NCBI GenBank assembly: GCA_024704765.1
Contig: JAKMXF010000222.1
Location: forward strand, 868,001 to 932,000
Direction of reading: 5' to 3'
Source: Oopsacas minuta
Taxonomy: Eukaryota > Animalia > Porifera
Length of the DNA: 64,000 nucleotides
Shown: positions 51,118 through 64,000 of the stretch, in pieces
Position numbering within the stretch: position 1 is the stretch's first letter
Layout: each line of letters starts with the position of its first letter
Notes under the pieces: model-generated
Told to the model about the DNA's origin: nothing
The model's database searches: none
The model's input: the letters and a program-made list of their open reading frames with translations, nothing else
Translations under genes and position numbers: made by a program

Positions 51118-53583
51118 TATATACCGAGATTACTGTGCTCAATAGTCGATATACCATTATAAGTTTTTAGATATAAAAAGGCATGAAAATTGGAAGATCT
51201 TTTTTTGTCCTATTTTCAAATCATAATAAGTATTAATGATTAATCCCATAAAATTGTCTAAATAGTGAATAATCAGTCAATGTGCAAACTGAAATTGTAT
51301 TCTAGAAATTTAAAGAAATTTAATCATACATTACAAATACTCACACATTCGATGTTGCAATAGTATTCTCTGGCTTTGCTTGTAGAAATACACTAGATGA
51401 ATGATAAAGTACTATAAAAATGCATTATGTCAAATTATGCCTACTTAAATAGCTCATAAATATAGGAGAGAAATGATGCATAATACTTGTAGTAAACAAT
51501 TAGGTTGCAAAAGAATAGTACCAAAGGAATTACGAGGCAACTAACGAAGTAAAGTAGAAAACAAATGTGTCAGACCTGGGGTGATGGAAAACTTTGAGGA
51601 TTGGGGAGGCAAGATATCTATAGGATCATAAGTATTTCACAACAAATCTTAGCAATTTTATCAACATACGCGTATTCCTACACAGTTTAATAACTAACAA
51701 TCTCTAATCATAACATCGCATAAGAAAATTTTTATGTTTTCATGTTTTCAAAACAGAACTGTGGGAGATGGTCCGGTTGGTCAGGTTTCAACAGACCAAA
51801 TTTTGGGATCTTCATATATTTATTATAGGTTAACCTGACCAATTGAAATTTACTTTCTATGGTTTGGCATAACTTGAACCTTTGCAGTTATCTTGTCCAT
51901 AATTTCGATAACAGTTTAGAGTTTTGGTATTTGCAGGGTATTTCTTTGTTTCCTTCCATGAAATACGCTATTGCGTTGGAAAAATAGAATTTCTACCTGC
52001 CATTGTATATACTTAATGTCATTATGGGCAGGCTGTGAATTAAATCAATTATTTGAAAGGTTTGAATTTCGATAAATTACAAAAGATTCAAATGCAAAGT
52101 AGGATTTTGTAAGAACCCTAAAAACAAATATATATTTTATCAACTTGGACAAACAAATACATAAACACACAAACAACAGTTGAGTTTTTTAAATTTTAGG
52201 GTGATGATGCATAGGTAGGTTTTGATCAGAATATTAGATTAGTTGTAATATAAATAATATATTTTAAGATATTTTAGGCGTATATTTTTGAAAGTACAAT
52301 GGAACCTAGATAATACTAACTCTGTTAATACGAACACTCGAATAAGACGATTTGACGAGCAAATAGTGAATGTTTCAAACATAGCCACGTACCTACACTA
52401 GAAATTCAACTGATATTTTTCTGTTAATTATAATTCGGATAAGACTAAAAGTTTTGTCCGTTGGTGTCTGTATAATGATGTTCCAACACAAATTTTTTAG
52501 GCAAGTTTGGTAAGTTGACAAAGAATACATATTCGAATGAAAACAATATATATATATTTGTATATATGGAATAATTACACAATAAAAATGGAATCGGTAC
52601 TGAATGAAAAGTAGGGTCCAGACAGTTCAGTGATTCTAAAGTATACAAAGTGGGGGCTATGCACCCCTGCGTTAGACACCAGCGCTATTCTAATGGCAGT
52701 ATATAGTATACTCATTCTATAGAATGTCGTTAGTACCCAATTTACCGTATGTTAGGATGTTATCAGGTTTCTCTTTTTACAAGTAACATTAGACTATTAA
52801 GTGTTAATAACAGTTACTTGAACATACTTTAAATATATTTTTTCGCAGTAACAGCGCAATTCGAACTACTAACGGCCATTTCAAAATGCAAACCGCTAAT
52901 CTTGAGCAGTTAACAGCCCATATGAGCAATTAAGAGTTAATTTTGAGACTGTAACAGTCTAATCAATGCTGTTAAGAGTCTAACTTAAGTTGTTGACAGC
53001 CCAGTTCTAGCAGTTAGGTAGCGTCTGTTAACAGCTACAATCTAATAATATTGAATTACCTAAATGCTTGAAATAATTTATCTCAAATTTAGGGACCATA
53101 AACAGATACTTAGAACAAAAATAAATATAAACAACCACAATTTTCCGTTCGCTTTTAAGAACTGAATTGTTCCACTGTATATTGTATACAATCGGAAAAT
53201 CAATAAATCAGCTATCAAAATCCAACTAAAGAAATAACATAGTTTATGAGTTTTGGGAAACAGTAACAGTAAATAATATAACAGAGGCATTATTAACAAA
53301 AATTCTAAGCATATTCTTAACATAATTCTAAGTGTATTTCTAAGAATAATTCTTAGAACAATTCTTAGAATTGGGTAATTCTACCTGATTGATTCTTGCT
53401 ATTGATTAATAAAATTTATGCCAATTCATTCGACTTCATTCGCTTTTTGAGAAGATATGCACATAGTAGAAAATAAGATCCTTATACTTGTATACTTCAT
53501 TTATCATTAATGAGATAAATTGCCCCATCCAATAGAAAAAGATATTCATTGCATTTCTCATTTGTGTACTATTGCATAAATTC

Positions 53584-54600
53584 ATGGCCTCGCTTATTGT
53601 TCTTTTGGAGCTGGAAATAGGCAGTTTACGACGGCAGAGAATATTTCGTGACAGGTTAAACCCTCTTGAAGCGTACACAGATGTAGAGTTTATTTTCGTG
53701 ATAGAATCAGAAGAGAAATGTTCTCAGAATTGCATGATAAATTGAGACTTCCATGTCTCGATCAACAAGCCGATCTCATTCACTTTCGGTGACAACTCAA
53801 TTAGCGGTCACTCTTCAATTTCTAGCTACGGGTAATTTCCAAACTGTGGTTGCATCAGCTCATGAAATTTCCCCGCCCTCTGCGTCCAACTGTGTTAGAG
53901 GTGTAACAGATGCATTGTGCTCAATTGCGAAAGACTATATAAAATTTCAAACTGCTGCTAGACAGATAAGCATGCAGCATGGATCTATGGAAAAGTTGGC
54001 ACCTCCTAAAGTATTAGGTTACATAGACAGCACACACATCCCAATTGTCGCACCTACCACCAACGAAGCAATTTATGTTAATCGTAAAAGTTTTCATTCA
54101 ATTAACGTCCAAGCGATATGTGACGATGTATTTAAGCTTATTGATGTAGTTGTGAAGTGGCCAGGCAGCACACATGACGCGTTCATATGGCAGGCAATCA
54201 GGAATCAATCTTAAGATCACCAGTAAAGAAATTCCTATTCTTGATGGGTGGTTTCTCGGCGATAGTGGTTATCCGTTGCGCCCAAATTTAATGATTCCAT
54301 TTCTATCTCCTGTTACAGCTCGCGAAAGAGGTATAATCGTGCTTTCCTGAAAACTCGAAAGACAATTGAATGTACCTTTGGAATAGAAGATGGAGATCAA
54401 TGGACAAGACTGGCGGCAGTTTGTGCAATAGCTCAGAGAGGGTTTGCAAACTAATCTTATCTTCGTGATACTTCATAATTTTTGTGTTGATTGCGGTCTT
54501 CAAATTAAAATTGAAAACTTGGAAAGTGACATACCCTACACCGAAACAGACTACACTAAACACTGAGATAATGAGATTTTAGTTAGAGAAATATAATTAT
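53584..54600 (+). pseudogene. Harbinger (HARBI1-like, DDE_Tnp_4) nuclease, frameshifted
   Basis: LAVTLQFLATG, GYIDSTHIPI, NRKSFHSINVQ, WPGSTHDA, GDSGYPL, IECTFG. Confidence 0.9.
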
Positions 54601-54879
54601 AAACTATTTCACATGATATAGGAAGTTTAATTAGTTAACTGAGCACATGAATGAACTAGGCTCTGATTTACTGATGAAATAATAATCTAAATTATTGATT
54701 CCTAATTTTGACTTTGAAAGTAATGAGGTAATGAAGACAAATTAGAAGTAGGAAATGAAGGGGACAATGTCTGAGAATGTGGCAGAGGAGGCATAGTTTG
54801 AGCCATCAGAAGAGAAAGTGTCTTTGATTGATCCGCTGCTGTATGTTGCAAAATCTGGATCACTCGATCGAATTTACTC

Positions 54880-55482
54880 TAAAGCCGATCTAGCTTAGGA
54901 TCAATGTTAGCCAAAATCTTCAATTTCTTATCTTCTTTCTCTAAAATTGCACGTTTGGTCGATTCCAATTCGTCATTTTCCAAACGATGACGTTTTCTTG
55001 GGCTTGTTGGAAAAACTTTACTTGTTCAATTTCTTCAGAGGGAACTGGGCTTATCAGTATCCTTTCAGTGTCTTCATTAGCACATTGGGATTCAAGAGAG
55101 AGATCGATACCTGATTCAATGCCTTCAAAAGCTTCCTTCCCTTTGATGCTACTGATTTTAGCTTCTTTTTCATCTAAATCAGCATCTGCAGGACCTCATC
55201 CAGTTGTTCTTGCTGATGCTAACTTATCTGCAATACGAGGCTTATGTTTTGTTAGTATATTATACCATTTTTTATGACATCATCTCTTAGTCTTGCATTC
55301 CCATGTAATTCAGACAGTCTCCCTGAAATTTCTTCCCAAATTTTGTTCTTATCATCAAAAGTCAGAGTTGATGTTAGAGCGCCGAACAATTTCGATTTTT
55401 GATCATGAATGAGATCCATGAGTGACATTATCTCTTCCTGAGTAAAATTCTTTGAACGAGTTTTCGTTTTTTCAGTGGTCAT
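54880..55482 (-). pseudogene. Harbinger Myb/SANT-like DNA-binding protein, frameshifted
   Basis: RSKNFTQEEIMSLMDLI...KNKIWEEIS followed by ...KKWYNI; lower boundary approximate. Confidence 0.85.
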
Positions 55483-58391
55483 AATGCGAGCGATTGTTAA
55501 GATATTATCATAATTACCTAACATTTTATTCTTATTTATACTTACCACTAAAGATCACAATACACGTAAATGGATAAAATTGCATAGATTGCGTATATTT
55601 TTGAGGACGTCACTCAAATGACATTTCTTTATAACCCTAGTTTAGATACAACACTGTGATGTTTCAAGGGATATGAGATATAATTACATAAATACATTTA
55701 TTGATGTCATAATACAATTCAGAGTGACACCAAGAAATTGTATCTAAATATAGTTGGTATGTAATTCGACTATAGTTCTATGCTGTGGGTATTACAACAT
55801 GTGGATATGATAATCAAACTTATTGTCTTAAGCGATAAACAATCTTCTTTGCAAATAAATGCATATTTGCTATAATTTCATAGAAAAGTAGAATATATTA
55901 CAAATTAAGTCTCCTTTTATTTCACGAAATATTTTACTTAGAATTGTTTGAATTCTTAGAATTATTCTAAGAATTTGACTTAAGAATTTAGTTAATAAGG
56001 CCCCAGGACTCTAGCTAATTAACGTGTTGTTAAAATCACACATAACATCGAGGCTGATCAAGTGTTACAATAAATCAGACTCAGAAAAACTTTGTTGATT
56101 AAATCGGTAAAATATATTAAAGTTCACTACTAAACTTCACAACATCATAATTTAGACTTAGTAAGTTGAATATAGACTCCTTTATTAAATTCTATGAAGT
56201 ATGACATTTTCCCTATTTACAAAATCTTTTAAACCCACGGCAATCAAAGATACAGGTTCAAAACCTTTTGTAGAGGCGAGGCCCAGAAGAAGCATATCAA
56301 TGATATACCTATGAACATATTCAGTACGAAAATTTTTCGACGAACTCGAGAATAAGGTATAGTCAAACTAGATTATAAAGAGCGCGATAAAAACCAGCCC
56401 TAGAGATCCTTCAGTTGCTTAAACAATTCTAGACAATGAAAATGTACATTAGGCTTTTTTAGCATGTAAATAACATAAAAATCTCAAATCACCGTCTGTG
56501 CCGACGTAAATTTTCCGATTGAATTTTAGTGGATTATTGAAATAATGCTATTCTACTAATATCCATTATATCAAAGAAAGATAAAATTTAATATTATTTA
56601 TCTTGTTGGACATTCAAAAATTTTCAAATCAAATTCTTCGTCCCTGTTTACACCTATTTAATATGTGGGAGCGAATCTCTGAGATAATTTTGAATGATCA
56701 CCAAAATGTGTGAAAATATGATAAATCCACGATTAACCAGTGTATATATACCATACTTATTCGAATGTATTGACGAATTGAATTGCAGTCTACTACAATA
56801 CAAACACACTACAGTGCTAACTAAATTACAAATATTCTACCAGAACTAATTTTATGCATTTATTATCTGATTCGACTAGAATATAGAGGTGGAAAAAGGT
56901 ATGAAACTATACCCATTAGAAATTTCCACATGTCTGGTCACAACTAGATGTCGCTGCGACTATACATGCCAAATTTAGTGGCATAATCTCTTAAGGTGTG
57001 AAAAGCAGAGCGAAAACACATATACAGATATACTAAGTCAACCATTTTAGAAGTGAGCCACTATACTATGTAATAGTATTAGTCGGGACTGTAAAAATAA
57101 TTAGCCAATTGTCGTTGTCAATATAAGAGGCAATTGATGCACCTTAATACTCACAAACATGCATAAATAGTTAGACATATTTGGATTAATTACGCTTTAA
57201 TAGTAGAGACATCGCCCCAAAAGAAACAAGGATTCCTTGGATTTCCTCAAAGAATTAATGGATTTTTAAGATTCTGTAAAGTCCATTACCGAACGTGGGT
57301 CCCCAAATGTAACTCGCGAGTCAGATGTGACTCTTTGAGTACCAACATTTGACTCTTTGATCCTCACGAAGAGTACACGTATTCTTTTGAAAAATATATA
57401 AATTAAAGTTGCCTCGCTGTGTAGCATCATACTTATCGAAATACGAATATTTTGATTAACCACAATATAATTTTTGACCTCATAATGGCTATTTTCCATT
57501 CTATTTCGCTGCAAAGCCACAGAGGCTCATAAATCGATAGATTTAACGATATGATGACTCTTTGAATCAATTGAGACATGCCTCTTGACTCTTGACACTA
57601 CGAAGTTTTGGCGCCCCAGAAGTAGAACTTGGAATCGACTAAGCACCCATAGAAGAACTATCTCAAGCAAATATAATCGAACAAAAATAAAATTTCATTT
57701 TTGATGAGATTTTGGTCAAAACAATTGAAGAATTTAGCCCTTCGGGTCTTCAAATCTACAGGGTGCTCAGCAATTTTTCAAATTGATGTTTTCTCGCACA
57801 AATAATATAATTCAAAAACATCTTGTGATTAGATTTGAGAGGTCATTCAATTAACATTATCTACATTAATTTTACTCTGGAACAAAATTGAAATACAGTA
57901 ATATGTGGGGCCAATCCAAAGATTCCAGTTCTCAAAATTGATGTTGTGGTCTTTCACTTTTGGAGTCATTTAAGTGTTTATATTATAGTGATAGTGATTG
58001 AAAAATCCAATAACATACGTAATTGTGGAGAAATGAGTTCATAAGGTGCATATATCACTTTTTCAATGTTATTAATACCTCTGACAGTTGGTGAAACTCT
58101 TTGGGGCAAAAAACGACGTAATTGATTGAGAATTTGAGTACAACTGCATACAGAGATAGAATGTCAAGATTTGACATGAATATCAGCTAAATATCCTGTA
58201 TATGCTGCACTTTTTCACGTCAAAACACTAAAGTGCCTTGATATATTTTGCTTGTGAAATATCCAGCCCTGAAAGTATACACTGGCACATGAAAAGGAAG
58301 GAATGTCCTTACAATTGGTAGTGATTCATATGCCTTAGTTTGGCTCAATAAAGCGCCAAAATATATGAAACACACTTGCGAAGGGAAAGCT

Positions 58392-58848
58392 GAATCTGTC
58401 CTACGACTGAGCTGGGAATCTGTCCTACGCATGAGTTCAGAATGTGTCCTACGATTATTCTGAGTTCTTGTTGTTTCCTGCGAACTGAGGTTGATTTGTG
58501 TATTTTACTCACTTACAATTAACTCTACTGGATCTTTTCTTATTAGTTTAGCACTTTGTTCTTAGAAGAACTGAATTCTTTCTTGTTTTCAAGAAAGAAC
58601 AGCAGTTCTTCTACGTTGTTAGTAGTAACTGTCGTTGTTGTACTAACTGAAAGTGTTAATGATCAAGGCGAAAGGGAGCTGAAGTTTCTTAAGCGCACGG
58701 AGATGCAGCTGGAACTCATAAATGGACTGGTCGTAGGACAGATACCGAATTCAGGCGTAAGACAGTATCTGAACTCGGAATACTCGTAAGGCAGATACCG
58801 AACTGAGGCGAGGACAGTTTCTGAAAAGTTTGGTCGTAGGACAGATTC
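58392..58848. repeat. Foldback-like ~460-bp element with arrays of CTGTCCTACG / CGTAGGACAG
   Basis: Perfect 16-bp inverted repeat GAATCTGTCCTACGAC, with 3 motif copies on the left and about 5 degenerate inverted copies on the right. Confidence 0.75.
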
Positions 58849-59299
58849 TGGGAATATCGTTGTACAGAATTAGGCTACTCCTAGCGAATTGTAACGAATG
58901 AATTCTTTAGCCCTACATCGTTGAAGCTAATTAGCTGATCACTTTCAATATCTTGAGCTTTTTCCATAATATCACTTATAATTATCATATAACCAGAATA
59001 AAATCTTTACTTAGGTATTAAACAAACGAGGTGGTGATCTTTGCAAATTTATTGAAATCGAGGTCATACCCTGAGAATATGAATTTAGTTGACCAGGAAT
59101 CTTTTGGAATTTTTTCCCTCTGTGTCAGTTGTTACATCAATTTTCAATATAGAGTACTTCCCAATTACGCACTAATGTATCTAGATTATGATTAGAGGAA
59201 ATTATACTCAATGCTGGTTCATTTCTAATGCTTTAATAATTTGCTCTTCAAAGGCACCATCCTATTTTTCTTCTCCCTATAATCGATGGGTTTCTTGTG

Positions 59300-60900
59300 T
59301 ATCAAATGTAGATTGGCCACATCCCGTCGTTTCTTTCAGACAGGCATTTGGCTGGAATTACTATAACCTGCCCGTCAGTCAGTAGTGAAGAGCATTCAGC
59401 ATTGATTTCGCTACCTATTGAGCATCTTGTTTTAAATACGCAATACTATTGAGAAATCAAGTTCCGACCCTGGCTTTCTACATTGGGATAGTGGGTGCGA
59501 TGTTCGCTAGTTGTACTAAATCTGCCCATTAAAGTTTGTATACCGGAGCACTAAACAACATATTTCATACATAAGTCGTTTTTTGCAGCATCAAAATTCC
59601 TCACGTGTAAGTCGCTCCTTAAAAGCATGATAGTCAGTGAGGACAAGTTCTTGATCATTCAGAAGTACATGTCAAGCACATTGTATGGAATTGTTTGGGA
59701 CTTGATTAGTATTAAAAATATAAGTCTCTGCTTTGAAATATCAAGCAAAGTTTCTTGAGGCTTTTCACTATCGGTTCTAGCAAAGCAAACTTATTATAAA
59801 ATTCTTATTCCTTTAATATGGAGGATGCCATGAATGGTAGCATCGTTCTTTCGATTGCAAAATAGTTAAGTGCCATCCAACAAGCAGATATATCAGATAT
59901 CGTAGCTGTAATTACAGCGACATGAAGTAACCAGCGAGTTTTACATGCTTCGGCTAGCCTCAGACCTAGAGTTCCGACAATTTTCTGTACTTCAGCCTGC
60001 TTTGAAGATTTCAGGGGAGAAACCGTGAAAAACTTCCACTATTGATGGAGAGCTGTTTCAAAACTTCTGACCTTCTTTAGAGAGCTAACTGTATCTCTAC
60101 AGGTGAGAGTAAGTCGATAAGCACAGCAATGGGTAGCTATGGAAGCAGGACCAACTCATTGCAGCTGCACCATCGCAGTACATACCTGTGTGTTTAGAGA
60201 TGTCCAGGCCATAATTACTGATCACTGTTTGCCAATTTTAAAGAGATTTGTAACTGTAGCACCAGCGGCTTCAATAGGACGGATATCCAGGAATTTGTTT
60301 ACCACTTATCTTCCCTCTACATACCGAACGAAGGTGATATACTGTTGTAGTGTAGTGATATCTGTCATTTCATCTACTATGGTTGCCCAAGTTGGGTATT
60401 GTTTAAGATTAGACACCACTTCGTCGTATAGATTGTCTCCGATCAGTATAATCATTCGCTCTCTCTATATGGATAGTCGATCGTTCCCTCCAATGCGGTA
60501 ATTAGCAATTGTAGCCATGGCAGTTTAGAATGGGTGATTTCATGGTTAGGAACCAGTATATAGTATGGATCCGTTATGCCATTGTACGCTCCTTGTAAAG
60601 CATACGGTCTTTATATTGCACATGGATTGCAGAAGAACGTTTTACCCGTTCAAGCTAGTTTGCGTTTTATGTTTTACAGATTCGAGGTGATCGACTAGCA
60701 AGTAGCACTTGGTTGGAAATGCAAGTTTGCGACCATAGTTGTCAGCAGAATTCCCAGTGCCTTTGTATCAGGATCCGACACATCAAGCAGTATACACCAC
60801 CATTCGGGCTCAAAGTGAATAAATTCATTTGGAATTCTGGGTTGCGACATAAATCTGCTATCCAATAATCAAGGTGTTTGGGAAAGACGGGGGAGATGGA
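59300..60900 (-). pseudogene. Further hAT transposase relic (ZNF862-like)
   Basis: NGGVYCLMCR, IVDEMTDITTLQQYITFVRY, CDGAAAM, THCCAYRL, CKTRWL; boundaries approximate. Confidence 0.78.
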
Positions 60901-61940
60901 ATCATCGATTCGGCTGGTTCACAAGGATTGTGTGTGTGTGTACTTCAAATATTGCATTTGATGACGCATCATGTTCGATTCTTGAAAACTCAGACAAATG
61001 TTGGTACTGTGAAGAAACAGTGAAATCCTGAACACCAAATTGTTTTTGTTGGCTATCACTACAAGTGGGGGTGCAAGCAGTGCGTTTGACAGACATGCAA
61101 AAATAGATGTAATATATATTTTACATCTCATTTGTCGTTTCTCTATATGTCTGTTTGTCTGTTTGTCCGTAGTTAAGGAAAGGATATACGGAATGTAAAT
61201 ATGAAATTGTAGCATAACTATGTATTTATCATGTTTATCATGAAAGTAAATAGAATTCAGCAAAACTTCAGTAAATATATCGAACATGCTGAATCTGATT
61301 TTCACACTTTAGGATAACTCATGTATAAATTGTTGTTTTATGAATATAAAGTAAACAAATTATCCAAATCAAAAATATACGCACAGGTTTGTTCTAACTG
61401 GCTGCCCAGGGTAACTAAGTACACTAGATCCGAAATTCGCATTATCAAGTTTCTCATATGTAAATTTATTGTTGTTTTTATGAATATAAAATAAACATAT
61501 TAGCCGAAACTCAAAATGTACTCAGATACTTTCCCTCAACGGCTACACAGGGGGGTTGATCTTACAAAATGATTCAATAACGTACATGCCAAGAAAGTAT
61601 CTTTGTGAATTTCATTGTTCTACATAGATCTATATTATAATACTCAAATGGACCGCCACTTTGGAGAAAAATGAACATCACGAATGGACGAACTAAAATT
61701 TGTCTTACCCAGCTCAGATGATGCTTACCACTGCCATCAACTTGGTTACGCCCATCTTCTAAAGTATGTCAAAGGTAACAAAATATTATACCAAGTTATT
61801 CAGAACTGTAGGGTTTGTCAAATCATTCCCACTTGTTTTGATTTGTTATGAATTGAATTGAACTGATAACGAATGGATTTGGTATGATAGTAAAAACCAA
61901 TCTAATCCAAATGAATAAAATGATTGAAAGGGTTTGATAA

Positions 61941-64000
61941 CACAGGCCTACAAAAAAATGTTGTATTGCAGTTGTTTATATTTTGATCACTGATTTAGAC
62001 TAATTTAGGTGCGCTGATTCTGAATATCTATTCAGTTTTTTCTTATCACGTCAGGTTATTTCACAACCATATAGCTACATTTTCAGAAAAATGTCGATTT
62101 TTGCCAAAAATTCATCATGATTACATATTACAATAATAACATTATGTGCATAGTATATATATTCAAATAGTCTTATTTGCTTATTGGTTTTTAACTAGTC
62201 TGTTATTCTTTTTTGTTGATATGTCGAAAATAAAGTGTTTCAATTCTCCAGACATTTTTTGTTATATTTGTGGTTTCTATACTCTGAGACCTCAGATGCA
62301 GAATATTACTGAATTTGTGGATAGAGCTTACCATGCGTATTTCAAAGTTAAGCTGGGCGATCAGGACAAAAGTTGGGCACCTCATAAGGTCTGTAAATCT
62401 TGTGTAGAATTATTGAGGTCTTGGAGTAAGGGTAAAGAGAAACACCTCCCTTTCGGAATTCCTATGATTTGGAGAGAATAAAAAAATTATTTTGATGATT
62501 GTTATTTCTGCATGGTAAATGTTATGGCCTGCAAAAAGAGTCACAGACACCTACTGAATTACCCAAATTTAGAATCTGCTATTCGACCAGTCCCTCATTG
62601 TAGTGATCTACCTGTACCAATATTCACAGAGTTTCTCGGACTCTATGATGATGAAGATGGTGCCAATTCGGAAGAAGTCAATGATCATGACTGTGACTAT
62701 GATGTTGATTTTCAAGGTCCTTCCTCGGAGCCTTCTCTCTTTAACCAAGCGGAATTGAATGATTTAATTCGTGACCTTGACCTCTCGAAAGAATTTCCTG
62801 AATTGCTTGCATCTAGATTGCAAGAAAAGAATCTACTCCATCAAAGAACAAAGGTAACATTATATCGTTACAGGGAGCAAGAATTTCAACAGTATTTTCT
62901 GCGAAAAGAATGGTTTGGTGTTTTGTCCAAATGTTGAGGGTCTTCTACTGGCAATGGGAGTTCCGAACTACAATCCAAGTGACTGGAGGCTGTTTACCGA
63001 CAGCTCTAAAAGGAGCTTGAAATGTGCACTACTCCATAATGGAAATATATTCGGTTCAATTCCTATAGGATATTCAGTTAAACACAAAGAGGAGTACAAT
63101 AATGTGAAAGAGATATTAGAGATTATTAACTACTCGGCACATGATTGGGTCATCTGTGTTGATCTCAAAATGGTCAACTTTCTATTAGGACAACAATCTG
63201 GGTTCACTAACTACCCCTGTTTCCTTTGTTATTGGGACAGTAGAGATAGGAACCAGCACTGGATAAGGGACAAGTGGCCTCCGAGAGAATGTTTGAAAGT
63301 TGGGGACAAAAATGTAATTAATAACCCTCTGGAAATACAAATAAAATAATTCTACCTCCTCTCCACATTAAGCTTGGTTTAATGAAGCAATTCATCAAAG
63401 CACTGGATAAAGACATATTGTTTCAAGTATATCCGAAATTATTTTCCAGAAATCTGTGAAGAGAAGAAAAAGGCAGGGATATTTGAAGTTCCACAGATTC
63501 GCAAGTTACTTAGGGACAACAGCTTCAAAGATTCTATGAACGATGGAGAGAAGAGAGCGTGGCGGGCTTTCTCTAATGTCATTTCTAATTTCCTTGATAA
63601 TAAAAAGGCAGCCAACTATAAAAAACTAGTCACAGAGTTAGTCGACAGCTATCATGCTCTTGGCTGTAATATGAGTATTAAAATTCATTATTTGAGAGAC
63701 CATCTTGATAGATTTCCGGATATTCTAGGTGATATGAGTGAAGAACAAGGTGAACGATTCTATCAAGACATAAAAATGATGAAACAGCGATATCAAGGAA
63801 GATGCGACACACATATGATGGCAGATTACTGTTGACGCCTAAAAAGAGATTGTCCTAATGAACAACATTCAAGAAAGTCAAACAAAAGAAAATTTTCAGA
63901 TTGAACAGTGCTCATATTACATGGTTATAGTATCACTTTCTTCCATTCATAATAGTAACAATTATATCATAATTCTTAGTAAATGAAATATTGATATTTT
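61941..64000 (+). mobile_element. Chapaev3 (CMC superfamily) transposon, frameshifted transposase about 62221-63900; right end outside the window
   Basis: Starts CACAGGCCTACAAAAAAATG after TAA; FCYICG, GDQDKSWAPHKVCKSC, WRE...DCYFC, DLKMVNFLLG, PLHIKLGLMKQF, SEEQGERF.QDI. Confidence 0.88.

Larger units (their letters stand above)
53285..56003. mobile_element. PIF/Harbinger transposon with two convergent genes
   Basis: Imperfect TIRs (A/G)GGC(A/C)TTATTAAC with subterminal TTCTTAGAA/ATTCTAAG repeats; 3-bp TSD CAG (53282-53284, 56004-56006). Confidence 0.88.

Noticed and set aside
52845-53040. CRISPR-like array (repeated GTTAACAGC-like words)
   Set aside because: Short, degenerate and irregularly spaced, with no constant repeat/spacer lengths and no cas genes; eukaryotic context.
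61320-61525. About 135-bp-period tandem duplication
   Set aside because: Real but only two degenerate AT-rich copies, with no sign of function.

Overview
AT-rich eukaryotic (probably animal) nuclear DNA. Only one intact host gene is recognisable: an intronless CstF-50/CSTF1 (15189-16532). The rest is a dense, repeatedly nested graveyard of cut-and-paste DNA transposons. I could identify hAT (Buster, DUF659, ZMYM1/TTF-like, ZNF862-like, probable hATm), P/THAP, Tc1 (DD34E), mariner, maT (DD37D), pogo-type MITEs, PIF/Harbinger, Chapaev3, a Transib/RAG1-core-like relic and a Ginger1-type integrase element. No reverse transcriptase, RNA gene or CRISPR array was seen. Many boundaries are supported by TIRs and target-site duplications (TSDs) read directly from the sequence. 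Family names come from motif recognition only, not database searches. Best leads: (1) a Ginger1-like DD35E integrase fused to a divergent USP-like cysteine-protease domain; (2) a RAG1-core-like relic with a CACTATG heptamer end; (3) a P-like element with near-identical 435-bp TIRs around a decayed ORF; (4) one intact Tc1. The organism cannot be established from this window.
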